This document shows positions 28,512-40,899 of a stretch of 64,000 bases of DNA, in pieces. The notes below the pieces were generated by a model, which worked only from the letters and a program-made list of their open reading frames with translations, was not told where the DNA came from and did no database searches. Position 1 is the first letter of the stretch. Each line of letters opens with the position of its first letter. The stretch lies in the NCBI RefSeq assembly GCF_009914755.1, contig NC_060930.1. One strand, 5' to 3'. The translations under genes and the position numbers were made by a program. Source of the DNA: the human T2T-CHM13v2.0 reference genome, Homo sapiens.

Positions 28512-29446
28512 GACTACTACTAATTTCAATTTTGATAAGGTTCAATTATATGTGAAAGTAGTTTATAATGGTAAAGAGTTGCATACGGGTAGTATCTGTA
28601 TATTTTTATAATTGGTGGTGTTTGGGTTGTAAGTAATTAGAACTAAACTGTGCTGCCTCAAAAGCACAGTGAATATATACAGAGCGTTTTGGAAGAAAAT
28701 AAAACAACTGTTAAATAATGGTTACCATTTGGGGTAGGACATTTTTTTTCCTTGACAGACTTTAGGTGGCAGCCATACGTATCTTTTAAATTTAAGAAAA
28801 CAATATGTAATTTCATGGAGCTTTTTTTTCCTATAATGAAATGGGAGAAGGCCAAAGGGAAGGAACTGGGAAGAAGCAGATATTCTTTTAGCAATAATAA
28901 TGTGTCCTTCTTCAGTTCTAAAGGTCCTCACCCTGGTGATCCTCATAGTTCTTCCTTCCAGTGGATATTAATGTGAGCTTATCCCTAGCAATAAAGCATC
29001 AAGATTTAGAAAACAGAAATACTTAAAATTGTTTGAAGAAGCCCCTGAATGTTCAATACTGAGTGCTTCTGGCATCAGCAGCCAGCACTAAACCCAAACG
29101 ACTGCACCCGTGAGCCCAAGAACGACCTTCGTATTCAAGTGGCATCCCTCTCCTCGACATCCCTATCAGGCAAAAGGTGTGTGCCTTCCTCAGTTGGTTT
29201 ACTGGCTACCATTTCCCTCACTCTCTCTCTTCTTCTTTTTTTTTAGGTAATCTATTTAAAAGCTCATAATCTGTTCTATAAATATCTCAACACTTACGCC
29301 TAAAGGCCCCCCAAAAATCTGGAGGTGATACACTGAACAGGCAGAAGGCCTCTGAATACCTGGTTATTAAGGACTCCTTTAACCTCAGTCTCCCACAAAT
29401 TAGGGGGAAAAGCATTTATCTTTGTGCAAAATGAACTATTCCCACA

Positions 29447-29770
29447 GACTGGGCACAGTGGCTCACGTCTGTAAATCTAGCACTTTGGGAGGCTGAAGGT
29501 GGGAGCATCACTTGAGCTCAAGAGTTTGAGACCAAGAGCAGCTTGGGCAACATAATGAGACCCCATCTCTACAAAATAAAAATAATTTTTTTAAATAGCT
29601 AGGTGTGGTGATGTGGGCCTGTCGTCTCAGTTGCTCAGGAGACTGAGGTGGAAACATCTCTTGAGCCCAGGAGTTCAAGGCTGCAGTGAGCTATGTTGCA
29701 CCACTGCATGCCAGCCTAAGTGACAGAGCAAGACCCTGTCTCAAAAATAAAAATAAGTAAATAAATAAAT
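29447..29770 (+). mobile_element. Alu SINE (AluJ-type)
   Basis: J-type positions and a (TAAA)n tail. Confidence 0.95.
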
Positions 29771-30014
29771 TCCTCCCCCTCTATTCAGTGAACTCTCAAG
29801 TTTCCACCATGGATTGTGGTGTCACACTCCATCCTGCCCCATTTGCTCTAGATTCCCAACAACGGGCACATACAGAGTACAGACCACCATCCTCACTATT
29901 GCCACCACCTCAATCCACGTGTCAGGCTCCCTCTAATGCCATCCAGGAGGCTGGTCAGGAGGAAATGGTCCAGGTGAAAAGGATTCCAGAATAGTGAGCT
30001 GCTACAGCAAATGA

Positions 30015-30612
30015 TATAGTAATTCCTCCAAAACTAAAGATACAATTACCATATGATCCAGCAATCCCACTTTTAGGTATACACCCAAAAGAATGGAAAG
30101 GTGCATAAGGGTAATTTGTACACCCATGTTCAAAGCAGCATTATTTGCAGGAGCCAAAAGGTGGCAGTGACCCAAGAGTCCCTGGATGGATGAATGAGTA
30201 AACTAAATGTGGTACACATGTACAGTGGAATATTATTCAGCCTTAAAAAGGAAGGGAATTCTGACACATGCCATGACATGGATGAACCTTGAGGACATTA
30301 CGCTCAGTGAAATAAAACGGTCTCAAAAAGACAAATATGGCATGATTCTACTTCTGTGAGGTACCTACAGTAGTCAAATTCAGAAAGACAGAAAGTAGAA
30401 TGGTAGTTACCGGGTATGGGGGTGGAGGGAAATAGGGAGTTGCTGTTTAATGGGTATTGAGTTTCCGTTTTTCAAGATGAAAGAGCTCTGGGGATGGATG
30501 GTGGTGATCATTGCGCAACAATCTGTACTTAACACTGCTGAGCTGCACACTTAAAAATGATTACAATGATTAATTTTATGTTATGTATATTTTACCACAA
30601 TTTTTTTAAAAA
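30015..30612 (+). mobile_element. L1MB-type 3' end
   Basis: attaccatatgatccagcaatcccact...ggatgaaccttgaggacattacgctcagtgaaata...ttatgttatgtatattttaccacaat. Confidence 0.9.
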
Positions 30613-33600
30613 GGATGCCAGAATCTTGCATGTCCTTCTCTGGAGCCAAGAGCATTGCACAGCCAGCCCGCCCGGGTTCTCTAAAGTTCAACTTCAGCAG
30701 GCCAGCCCAGGGCATACTCAAAATCTTCCCATGGGCAAATCTCTTCCAGCCAATGGGAACCTTTCAAAATCTACATTTCCATAGCCACATAATTAAGAAC
30801 TAAATCTCACTCCCAATCACGTTGTAGAATTGTTTTAGATATAACAAGGTGTCCACCTAGGTAGAACTTTAAGAAGTTTCCAGTGGCGGTAATGTTCTGT
30901 TTCTTAATCTAGGTGATGGTTACGTGAGCATATTCACTTAGTAATAATTCATAGAGCTGTACACTTAGGATTTGTACACTTTTTAGTTAGACTTCATTTT
31001 CAGACCTGTTTTGCTATTTCTTGCATTATTCATGGCGTCTCACAAGATGACAAATTCTCAAAGTCCTCACAGAGCCTAGCAGGGTGCTAGGCTTCTAGCA
31101 GGAGCATGAGTTATGTCTATTGACACCATTAAAATTTGGAGATCTGGGGAGTATCAGAGAGAGAAAGACAGTGCACAGGGCACTGGGATAGTTTTGCAAT
31201 GTCCTTCTACATCAGGGAACCAAAAGCATTCTGACCCCAAAGCTGCAGGTCAATAACGCAACCAACTTCATCAGCACAGGCCAGTAGAAAGAGGAAACTC
31301 AGCTGTGCTGCTGATAACCCATGTCTTAGGAAAATAACCCTTCTGATTTTAAAAAGATAGTTACGTGCATACACACACCCCAAAAGCTCGACTCTAGCCT
31401 CAACATGAGAGGAATTAATGTGATGGGATAAAAGTTAGTGCCTATTTTAAGAGGCAGTGACAACTAAAATAGATTGCAGATGGCAAGCTCTTCTGAACCC
31501 TGTAATAAGTCTATGATGGCCCATTCTCCAGGAAGCCAAAGTTGGAGCCAGAACTCCATGGTGTTGGAAATGCTGACAGCAATCATTTACTCCAAGAAAC
31601 ACAAGGGCTGGCCCTGAAGCGGAAGTGCTGGAGAAAAGCACCCCCGAAGGGTTGTGATGGACCCCCTCAAAAAAGGCCACAGTGGGAGGGATCAGTTTGA
31701 TCTCCAATTGGAGTAGTCCTTTGAACTCTGACGCTAAGCTTTAGTGCAATGTGGTGCATTGGGGGTTGTTTCCATTTCAGCTGTTTCTCCATATGCCAGA
31801 GAGGAGAGTCGTGCCTGGCAGGCCTGGGCCAGCAATATCTAGAACACAGGCCTGGCTCCAGGAGAAGCCAGAAGCCTCCCCTCCTCCATCATGGTCCCTC
31901 TGTATGTGGGCAGAGAAGGAGGAGGGGGATCAAGGATCCAGGAGGAGGATTTGGTGCCAGGGAGATGACTAAGGTCTGACGCAATCACCACACGCATGTG
32001 GGACTCGTGAGATAAACAGATCTGGAGGGGGAACCAGTGCTCCAGGCTTGACCTTGGGGTGCCTCCCAGCCCCCATCTCGGTCCCTAGGCCCATTTAAGA
32101 TGGAAGGTGAACCAAGATGCCCTGAGTTCTCATTTTTCTCTCTCTTGCTGGTTTTCTCTTGTTTGACAAATCGAACCGAACCCCAAAGGAAAAAAATGGG
32201 AAGGAGGGAGGAGGACTCCTTCCCATGCAGATTTATGGCATTCTGGATGCAGCTTGCATTTGTCAGGCCAAAATGGTTAGGGTGGGCTAATAGAGTAGAA
32301 TTACAGCTTCCTATAATAGGGAAAGTTAAATAGACAAGCTTTCCTACCCTGAAGAGAACGAGGCAGAGGTCAGTGCTACTGGCTTTGAACATGAATGGCC
32401 CCTTCCCCTCGGTTCCCTTTCACATGTGGCCTGGCAACAGTAGCAGACAGATGCGACACAAAGCCAGACACACCTGATTAACCATGAATACAACAGCTGT
32501 CGTTTCCCCACCACCACAGATACCCACACCCTCGTTCTTTCCGCTTAGTTTTTTCCCTTTCTTTCAGCTAAGCGTGAGGAAATCAAACCTACCATTAAAA
32601 CTCAAGTTAGTGGGAGGGTGTCAGCAGCCGGGCCTTTGTTTCTCTGCTCACAGACATGTAATAGGTACCTTCAGGGTTGTCCTTTCATCTGAAAATGCGT
32701 TGTGGTCTCCCGCTGAGGGCTCAGTCAGCTCAAAACCTGAGCCCCCAGAAAGGCCAGCAGAGGGTGGGGGAAGATGAAGGTGGCCTGAATGGGGACGGAG
32801 AAAGTGGACTTTTCTGGGGCACCTGAGTTTGTCTCTCTTCTCCTCTCTCCTCCTTTCCATCCGCTTGCCTCCATCCAACTACCACTCCCTGCTGCTAAAA
32901 ACATCCACCCTTAAGATGGACTGGCTGTTCTGAATTTATCAAGAGGAAGTGGAACTCAACGTAGCATTGTCTTTCTGCAGCTTGCTTATTTCACTCTATT
33001 CTGAGCTGGTCTTAACAAAGAAGAATCAGGTCAGGTGGCTTTAGGGGTTTTTCTATTTGCCTCTCTTAGGTAGACAAATCCTTGAGTTCAAGTTAACTTC
33101 CAAGACCTTGCAAATCAAACACAGGAGGGAATCTAAGTGTTGAACTGCAAATGATTTCTAACGACATGAACAAAATGTAATGTGACTATATGAGCTTCCG
33201 GAAACCTACAGAATGGTAATTACAGCCCAGAGTATGAATCTTGATTTTTCTTCAGGTGTTCTTTTTCGTATTGTTTTGTTTTGCTGGGCAATCTCAAATT
33301 AACCATTTGACCTCTGTAAGCCTACATTTCTACTGCTTAAAATGGTTCTCTCTTTTGTCAAAAAGTCCCTGAAGCTATTACAAAGAGACTAATAAAAACG
33401 ATCAGAAATCTCTTTGCAAACACTAAAACTTATAATAATAGGATGGATAACTGGGTAACTTAATCTCATAAAAAGTCAACAATATCCCTTATTTTCTCAC
33501 ATAAATGAAAACATAAAGGAATAATTCAGGCTCTCATTTGAAGTCTCATGGTTTCTAATGAAGGCCCAGGTCCACTGTATACTTCTGCCTTCTACTAAGA

Positions 33601-34410
33601 ACTCATGGAGATTTCCCACTCAAGATAATCAGGAAGAGGAAGTATAATGGAAATGTCTAGGAAATTTGGTGTCAGGTAACAGAGAAGTCCCCAGCATCAC
33701 ATTTGTGTAGGACATTGGAATTTGTTCTAGAACACAAAAGTATCCTCCGGTGGTTGGTAACTTTAGACTCATCTTCTAGCCAATTAGAGAACAGTCATAT
33801 CCACTATCAAATCAACCCAGAGGTCCCATCTCAGAATAATGTGAAAAGGCCCTGTTCACTTTGCCGTCGAAACCATCTCACAACTCTTCTCCTAGTATCC
33901 AAATTTCTCTTTCTCTTGCTTCACAGAACTCACGGTTTAAGCAGAGCAAGCCTGTCTGTTTTCAATTCTTAACTTTTCACACATGGCAAACGAGTGGAAC
34001 TTCTGAGCACTGCGATCATCTGGCTGATGAACAAGCTGTTTTCCATTTCTGGCAACAAATACTTCTGGCTTATCGTGACGGGATGAAAAGGGATGAAAAT
34101 ATACTCTGGTTGGATATTGTTGATAACATTTGTCATCTTTGCAGCTAAAAAAAGCTGGCTTAAAATTTTTTCCTTTGGTGTTGCAGAAAATGGCAAAAGA
34201 AGCGACATCACCGTTGAGTTGCCAATTAAATTGCATTCCTAAATGAAGTAGGTTAGTGAGATCTTTTCCATAAGAAACGCAATGTCACATCCTGAGATAA
34301 AGTAAGGACTGGACCAGGAGGCAAGGTCTGTGGGGCCTGGGCCTGGGGCTCCACTGGTGCACGTGGTGTCTTTTAAAGGCTCGCTTTACATGTCTGAACC
34401 TGTCTCCCTC

Positions 34411-34675
34411 TGTATTCCCTTGCTAGGGCCGCCATAATAAACACCACAAACTGGGTGGCTTATACAACAGAAATGGATTTCCTCACTCTTCTGGAGGCTA
34501 GAAGTTTGAGAGGTGTCAGCAGAATTGGTTTATTCTGAAGCCTCTCTCCTTGTTGTAGAGAGTCATTTTCTCCCTGTGCCCTCACACAGTCTTCCCTCTG
34601 TGTTTGTCTGTGTCCTCATCTTCTCTTCTTACGAGGACACCAGTCAGATTGGATTAGGGCCCACCTTAATCATCA
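34411..34675 (-). mobile_element. MaLR MLT1 LTR, partial
   Basis: ccacaaactgggtggcttatacaacagaaat...ggacaccagtcagattggattagggcccacc. Confidence 0.85.
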
Positions 34676-35061
34676 TCTTGGAGTCTAAAAAACCAGTGAA
34701 GAAAAAGAGGAGTCATGGTTACCAATGTTTCAGGCTAAAGTTGCTTTAGTTCCAGTCTCTCATTTTACAAATGAAGAGACGGAGGCCTCAAGACTCGCCC
34801 AAGGTCGTCAGTGATAAGCTGAGACTACAGAGGATGTCACCATGGAAAACAGGTAGACAGTTTCCAGCTCTGATCTGTGCAGCCTTTGTGCAATATGTTG
34901 AGGTAAGAGGGTAGAAGACAATAAGGTCTTGTATCATTTTTTAAAATTGGAAAAAGGTCAAGTTTCTGAAAGTGAAGACCTTTGAAAAATATACTTTAGA
35001 AGGCACAGAGCAGGAGAATGTGTGGTGTGAAGCTCTGGGCTCACCACAATGTATGATGGGC

Positions 35062-35992
35062 TGTATTCCTTTGCTAGGGCTGCCTTTACAAAGTAACATA
35101 GATTGGGGGGCTTAAAACAACAACCGTTTATGTTCTCACACTTTTGGAGGCTTGAGTTCTGACATCAAGGTGTCAGGCACTTGCTCCCTCAGAAATCTGT
35201 AGAAGAGAACCCTTTCTTTGTTTCTTCTAGCTTCTGGTGTCTGCTGGCAACGTTTGGACTACAAATGCATTATTCTGTGAAAGGAAAATAAATCTCAGGA
35301 CCCCAAAATCACTAAGCCAAAGGGAAAAGTCAAGCTGGAAACTTCTTAGAGCAAAACTGCCTCCCATTCTATTCTTTAAAAGATAGCTACTAAGATAAAA
35401 GAGCTACGTACCTCCCTTACAATTTGTCCACAAGGAATTTCCTTGCCTCCTTTGGGAAGGCTAATCAGAAACTCAAAAGAATGCAACCGTTTGTCTCTTA
35501 TCTACCTATGACCTGAAAGCCCCCTCCCTGCTTTGAGTTGTCCAGCCCTTCCAGACCAAACCAATGTACATCTTACATATATTGATTGATGTCTCATGTC
35601 TCCCTAAAATGTACAAAACCAGGCTGTACTCCGACCACACTGGGCACATGTTGTCAGGATCTCCTGAGGCTGTGTCACAGGCAAGTCCTTCACTTTGGCA
35701 AAATAAACCCTAAATTGACTGAGACCTGTCTCAGATGTTTGGGGTTCACAATTCCAATCTCTGCCTCTGTTATCATATGGCATTCTTTCTGTATGTCTCT
35801 GTCTCAGTGTCTAAAGTTCCCTTTTAAGGACACCAGTTATATTGGATTAAGGGCCCATCCTACCCCGATATGACCTTGTCTTAACTGATTACATCTGTAA
35901 TGACCTTATTTCCAAATGAGGTCACATTTCAAGGTACTGGGGGTGGGGACTTCAACATATCTTTCTAGGGGACACAGTTCAACCCATAACAC
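35062..35992 (-). mobile_element. MaLR MLT1 LTR split by a MER4-like LTR
   Basis: MLT1 halves at 35062-35275 and 35751-35992. The plus-strand reading ends gacacagttcaacccataaca. Confidence 0.85.
35276..35750 (+). mobile_element. ERV1 solo LTR (MER4A-like)
   Basis: TG...CA termini and a 4-bp TSD ATTC (35272-35275, 35751-35754). Starts tgtgaaaggaaaataaatctcaggaccccaaaatcactaagc. AATAAA near the 3' end. Confidence 0.9.
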
Positions 35993-37258
35993 ATGCATCC
36001 TGCAGAGCCTCCTGCTCTCCCTGGAGCCTACGGTCATGAGCTGCTGACCCTCCCTCACTTCCCAGACATTGCCAGCACACGACTCATGACCAAACAGTGC
36101 TCCTCCAAGACAGAACCCTGGTGACTCGCAGTGCTGCAGACAGGCAGTACGGAGGGGTGATTAAGAAGACATTGTCATTTAAAATAAAACCACACAGTTC
36201 TTTTGTAAATATGTGTCACTGGGTATTTAGAACCATCATACCCAACCCACTGCTGCACGTTGGTGGAAATGTCAAGTAAGTTACACACTCACGTCTTTTC
36301 TGGGGAGCCTTTTATTCACGGTTCTCCCTGAGTTTGATTTCCTGAGGGAGTGTGCTCACCCGCCTCCGTTTCAGCATCTAACCTTGCCTGTTTCTAAAGT
36401 TCATGCTGTCCTGACATTCTTTGCATCAGCACAGTCACCCCTGTTAGTCATCTCCTACCAATTTTCTCTCTTTGTACTCTTTCAGGAAGTCATGTTTTTG
36501 CTCAGGTAAAAGAGGTGTAGGAAGAGCGTTCTGCCTATTTGATGATTCATCTCTTTGCTTTTTGCCATTTCTAAATGTTAGGGGGGAAAATCCTTTTGTT
36601 ACGGGCTTTAGCGAATGGGCTTGGTCAATGGGGTGAGAGAAGCTGCCATAAGCCACTTTCAACTTAGAGCAGAAGCAATCTTTTATCGGTCTTTCTTATT
36701 CTTTTGAAGACTAGCATCGTGATTCTCAGGGCCACTGGAATCCACGAGACTGACTTCCCTGAGGAGAGACTGCCTTCTAATGGCGTGACCATCTGCTCCA
36801 CTTCCTTCGTGTTTGGTCAGTGAATCACGGCAAGTCACAGGCCACCTGAGCATTCTACTCACTTCTTTTGGATGCATCCAGGCCAAAGGCTCAGAGTGTG
36901 TTTGAGTTGAGATAGATCTGAGCATATTCAGTTAAATGAGGCCCTCAAAGAGTATGATGGGGAATTATGCCCCACTGCCTCCCAAACTTCAAATGTTGAA
37001 GCCCTAACCCTTAGAGCCTCAGACAGTAACTCTATTCGGAGATAGGGTCTGTAAAGAGGTAATTAAGAAAAGGAGCAAAAATGGAGCAAGTTTCCTTCTC
37101 CCTTGCGCTATTTCTAAGGTCATGTTATAAAAATCAAATGGAGAATACCTGTCAAACAGTTGATCAAGCAGTGAGGAGAAAGAGAAATAATATTAATTCA
37201 AAGGGCATGCTTCAACCCATAGTCAGAACAATCTATTAGTTAATCAAGCAAGATTTAT

Positions 37259-37802
37259 TGATACTCACCAAGAGACTGAATATACAAATGGACAACGGCC
37301 AAGCCATAATTAAAAACAGAACTCCAACCTACAATCTACAGCAGCCAGCCCAGGACACCAACCCATTAGCAACAGCAATCGGCCCAGGAAGCCAGCCTGC
37401 TATCATCAGCCAGACCTCTAGAAGTCTAACCACTATCTCTGTCAACAAGTTAGGAAGCCAAACAATAACCCCTGTAAGAATCAGCTCCAAATGGCCAGAA
37501 CTTGACTGACAATGGACAGCCTCCCTGATTTTTGTCCCTGCTTCCAACTTAGGACAAACCAGAGAAAGGCAAATATGCACCCTAAGCAATCACATAGGCA
37601 TCTGTGCTTCTAGTGAACCACCTCCAGCTTCCCACACCAACAGCCTCCAATCAGCACATACCTGGAGCCTCCCTTTTTTCTACTATGAAGTTTTCCCACT
37701 CCTCTGCCCGCATTTGAGTCTCTGCCAAAACACAAACGATAGTAGCTCTGAATAAACAGCCTGTGCTTATTCTTATTTGGTTGGTCTTCATTTATTTCCA
37801 CA
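37259..37802 (+). mobile_element. Old ERV solo LTR (possibly MER77-like) nested in an L2 3' end
   Basis: TG...CA ends, internal repeats of cagcccagga/aggaagcca, and AATAAA ~45 bp from the 3' end. L2-like flanks. Subfamily uncertain. Confidence 0.7.
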
Positions 37803-38977
37803 CTTCCAAATGCAAGTAAATGTTATGCTAGGCCCTTGAATGGTCAGGGAAAATACAAGGAGATATACGACATGGTCCTTATGCCTAATAAACTTAAAAT
37901 CTTTGGGACTGGAGATAAAATGCACAAAAAGCAAGAACCACCACCACAATGACTAAGCAAATAATAAAGCCAGTCAGGAATAGTAAGTCTCAAATGCAAG
38001 TTCCAGATACTGGACGTAGAAGTCTGGAGAAGAGAGATTACTTTTGGCTGGGGAGGTCAGATATGAACTGAACTTCAGCACACACAAAGGAATTATTCTA
38101 GTAATTATTGGGTTCCCCCTTGCTCACATGGTTACTCACACTTGAAAGTTTGCGGTAACAAGAAGGAGCCTTGGCAGGAAGTTTGTTTGTTCCATGACTG
38201 CTTTTACTGTCACATGAAGAGTGAGTGGTTGATTTACTGAGAAGTCCCCCTTGTTACCCTTCATAAGCCCCAAGTGAGTCAGGACCTTCCCTTGGTCATC
38301 AAACTGGAGACAGGACACCCTTGCCCAGTTAGCATTTTAGTTCAGCTTGCCTGGGTTCTCATTCCAAATTCCTGCCCCCAAATCCTTGGTCACCCCCAAG
38401 AGTAGATCTTTATCCACAACAGGCCACTGTTGAACCTAAGGTTTCCCAGAGGAAACCAGAAAAGACTTCCCTTATGTTGGGGTTTTAGGGTACCCAATAA
38501 ATAGGACCCCTCTTTCCTGCCCAACTTCTGAGCCAATTAAGAGGAATAGGAATCAGGCAGATAGAGGGAAAATATCACCATTCTTTTAAGTTGACAAAGT
38601 CTTGGTTGGTGGCTATCATTTCAGGTCCTTGGGCTTGTTAATATTGTACCACTGATGGCAAACAGAAACTTTGCAACATGGAGATTTACCACTTAAAAGT
38701 TAAGGCTTGGAGGGGCAGAGGATGTTTACTTTCCTCAGGCTCTTCCCAGAGAGAAAGGAATAGGTGAGGCGTACATCTTCCATTGCTTCTCCCAGGCCGA
38801 CTGAAGTTCCTCTTCCTCCAATGAAGTGAAGGAGAGAGAGGATGCAGGCGGCCAGGGGATTTACTCAATGGAAACATGTCCCCAATAGAAACAAGGACAG
38901 CAGGGAACAAATGTTCCCATCAGCTACCTACAACAGGTAAGGCTAAGTCTCTGTGGGGTTGAGGTCCCTTGCCCCCA

Positions 38978-38979
<2 letters not shown>

Positions 38980-39028
<49 letters not shown>
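38980..39028. repeat. (CA)n microsatellite
   Basis: More than 20 CA units. Confidence 0.97.
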
Positions 39029-39029
<1 letters not shown>

Positions 39030-40477
39030 CCACCAATGCCATGCTCATGCTTTGTATAGTTTTGGGATTTGTGACAACTTTTAAGTCTGAGGGGAATGAA
39101 TGTACTCATGAAGAAAATCTCCACCGTTAAGGAAATGCCCTTGGTGTGGACTAGTGCTAGAGGCACAGACCTTGAGTAGGGAGTCCTGAATTCCTATCCC
39201 AGTGCTGAGTTAAGCAGCTCTATAGTTATTCAAGGTCTCTTGCCCTCCATGTGCTCTGTCCTCAGTTATGCACTGGAGATCAGAATACCTGTCCTGCCAA
39301 GTGTGTGAAAGACAAGATAAAACCAGAAAGGGCCTCTGAATAACCCAGCTCCACTTCACAGAAGCACTGGGGTGGTTCCATATTCAGAGAAAATAGTAAT
39401 GTTTTTCTTGAAAAATAGAGTAGATGTGAAGCAACTTTCTGTCACTTCTCAGTACTTTTTTAGCACCAGAGAGTTTATCCAAGGTGGACCCCATCAAAGT
39501 GAAACAGAAGGGAGGGGTGGGGAGGTCCCCCTAACCCATAAGCTTAAGGGTTGGGTGTTACTGACTCCATTTGGAGAACACGCAGCCAGGGGCTTAATGA
39601 CACATTTTGATTGATTACACTGGTAACTCTGAAACCTGGTACAGATTACCTTTTGCCCTCAGTGGGGCTTTACCTGAATCATTCCTCTAGAGCAAGAAAG
39701 CTGAACATCATTACTTTCAGAGTGATAAATCAGAGAAGGGTAGGAATTGAAAGGGCACTCGACTTTTTCTTCAACTTCTTGAAGAATAAGACTACTAGAG
39801 GATTAGTCCTTGGCCACCACTTTTTTGTAATTCCCTGGGCAACAAACTAGTCCTCGACCTAGATGGAAAAAATGGTGAGAAAAAAAGGAAGGGGAGAACA
39901 AAGAATGAAGGAAGGGGAGGAGAAGAAAGAATGAAGGAAGGGGAGAGCAAAGGAAGACCAGTCTTACGAATACAGGACAAGAGGAAAAATAAAGTTCAGA
40001 ATTCTTTCAACTCACTGGAATTTCCCAAGGTGCTTAAAGTGACAGGAACTGCATGGGACCTCAAAGTGAGAGCCTTGTTTATGGGTGTATACATAGAAAG
40101 GTTCAATAGGAATGTCCCTTCAATTGGAAGATATAGAAGAGCCTGTATTATTTCATTTTTGTCAATAACGCTCTCATTCAAATCCGTAGTTCACCCTCTT
40201 CCCCATGCTATTCTGCCTACTATGTGATCCCCTTTCACACTTGCTCATTCACCATGTACCAAAAGCCAAGCACTGGGAATGGTGCTGCAGACACGAAGAA
40301 AAACAACGTACTGCCTCCTACCCTCAGGGAGATCCCGGTCACTGGGGGAGACGCTAGGACCATGCTCTGCAAGAGTGCAATGGGAGAAGTGCTTAAGGAG
40401 AAATTAACAAAGAGCAATCAATAGCCCAGAGGATGGGACTCTAACTTAGGGACTGAGGTAAGGGGTCATAGGACGGG

Positions 40478-40899
40478 TACTCAGTTACGTTCCCCAAGAA
40501 ACAGAGACAGATTTGTGTGCAAGAGGTGTCCTGGATCAGTGCTCACTTGTAAGAAAGTGAAGGAGACAGGACTGGGCAGAGTGAGAGATGCGGTTGCCAA
40601 AGAGGCCTCGGCGGATCCCACAGGAAGTCAGCTCTGAAGCTGGAATAACCTTTCTGAGGGGACACGAATTGAGACAAGGGAGTCAGATCGTGGTACCCTG
40701 CATTCACTACTCCTTAGATGTGGGCAGTCCCACAAGGGGGAGGGTCATAACCTCAGACACAGCTGCTGCCTTGGACCAAGGGCAATTCTGGGAGAGGGAT
40801 CCATGTATGAGCCTGCAGCAGGCAGCACCCTAGCACTGGGGAAAAGGGCACCCTGCGCCTGAATAGGAGATGGGACAGCAAACCACAGCATCCACTACA
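40478..40899 (-). mobile_element. ERVL LTR16-like relic
   Basis: caggactgggcagagtgagag...aaagaggcctcggcggatcccacaggaagtcagctctgaagctgg...agggcaattctgggagaggg. Confidence 0.65.
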
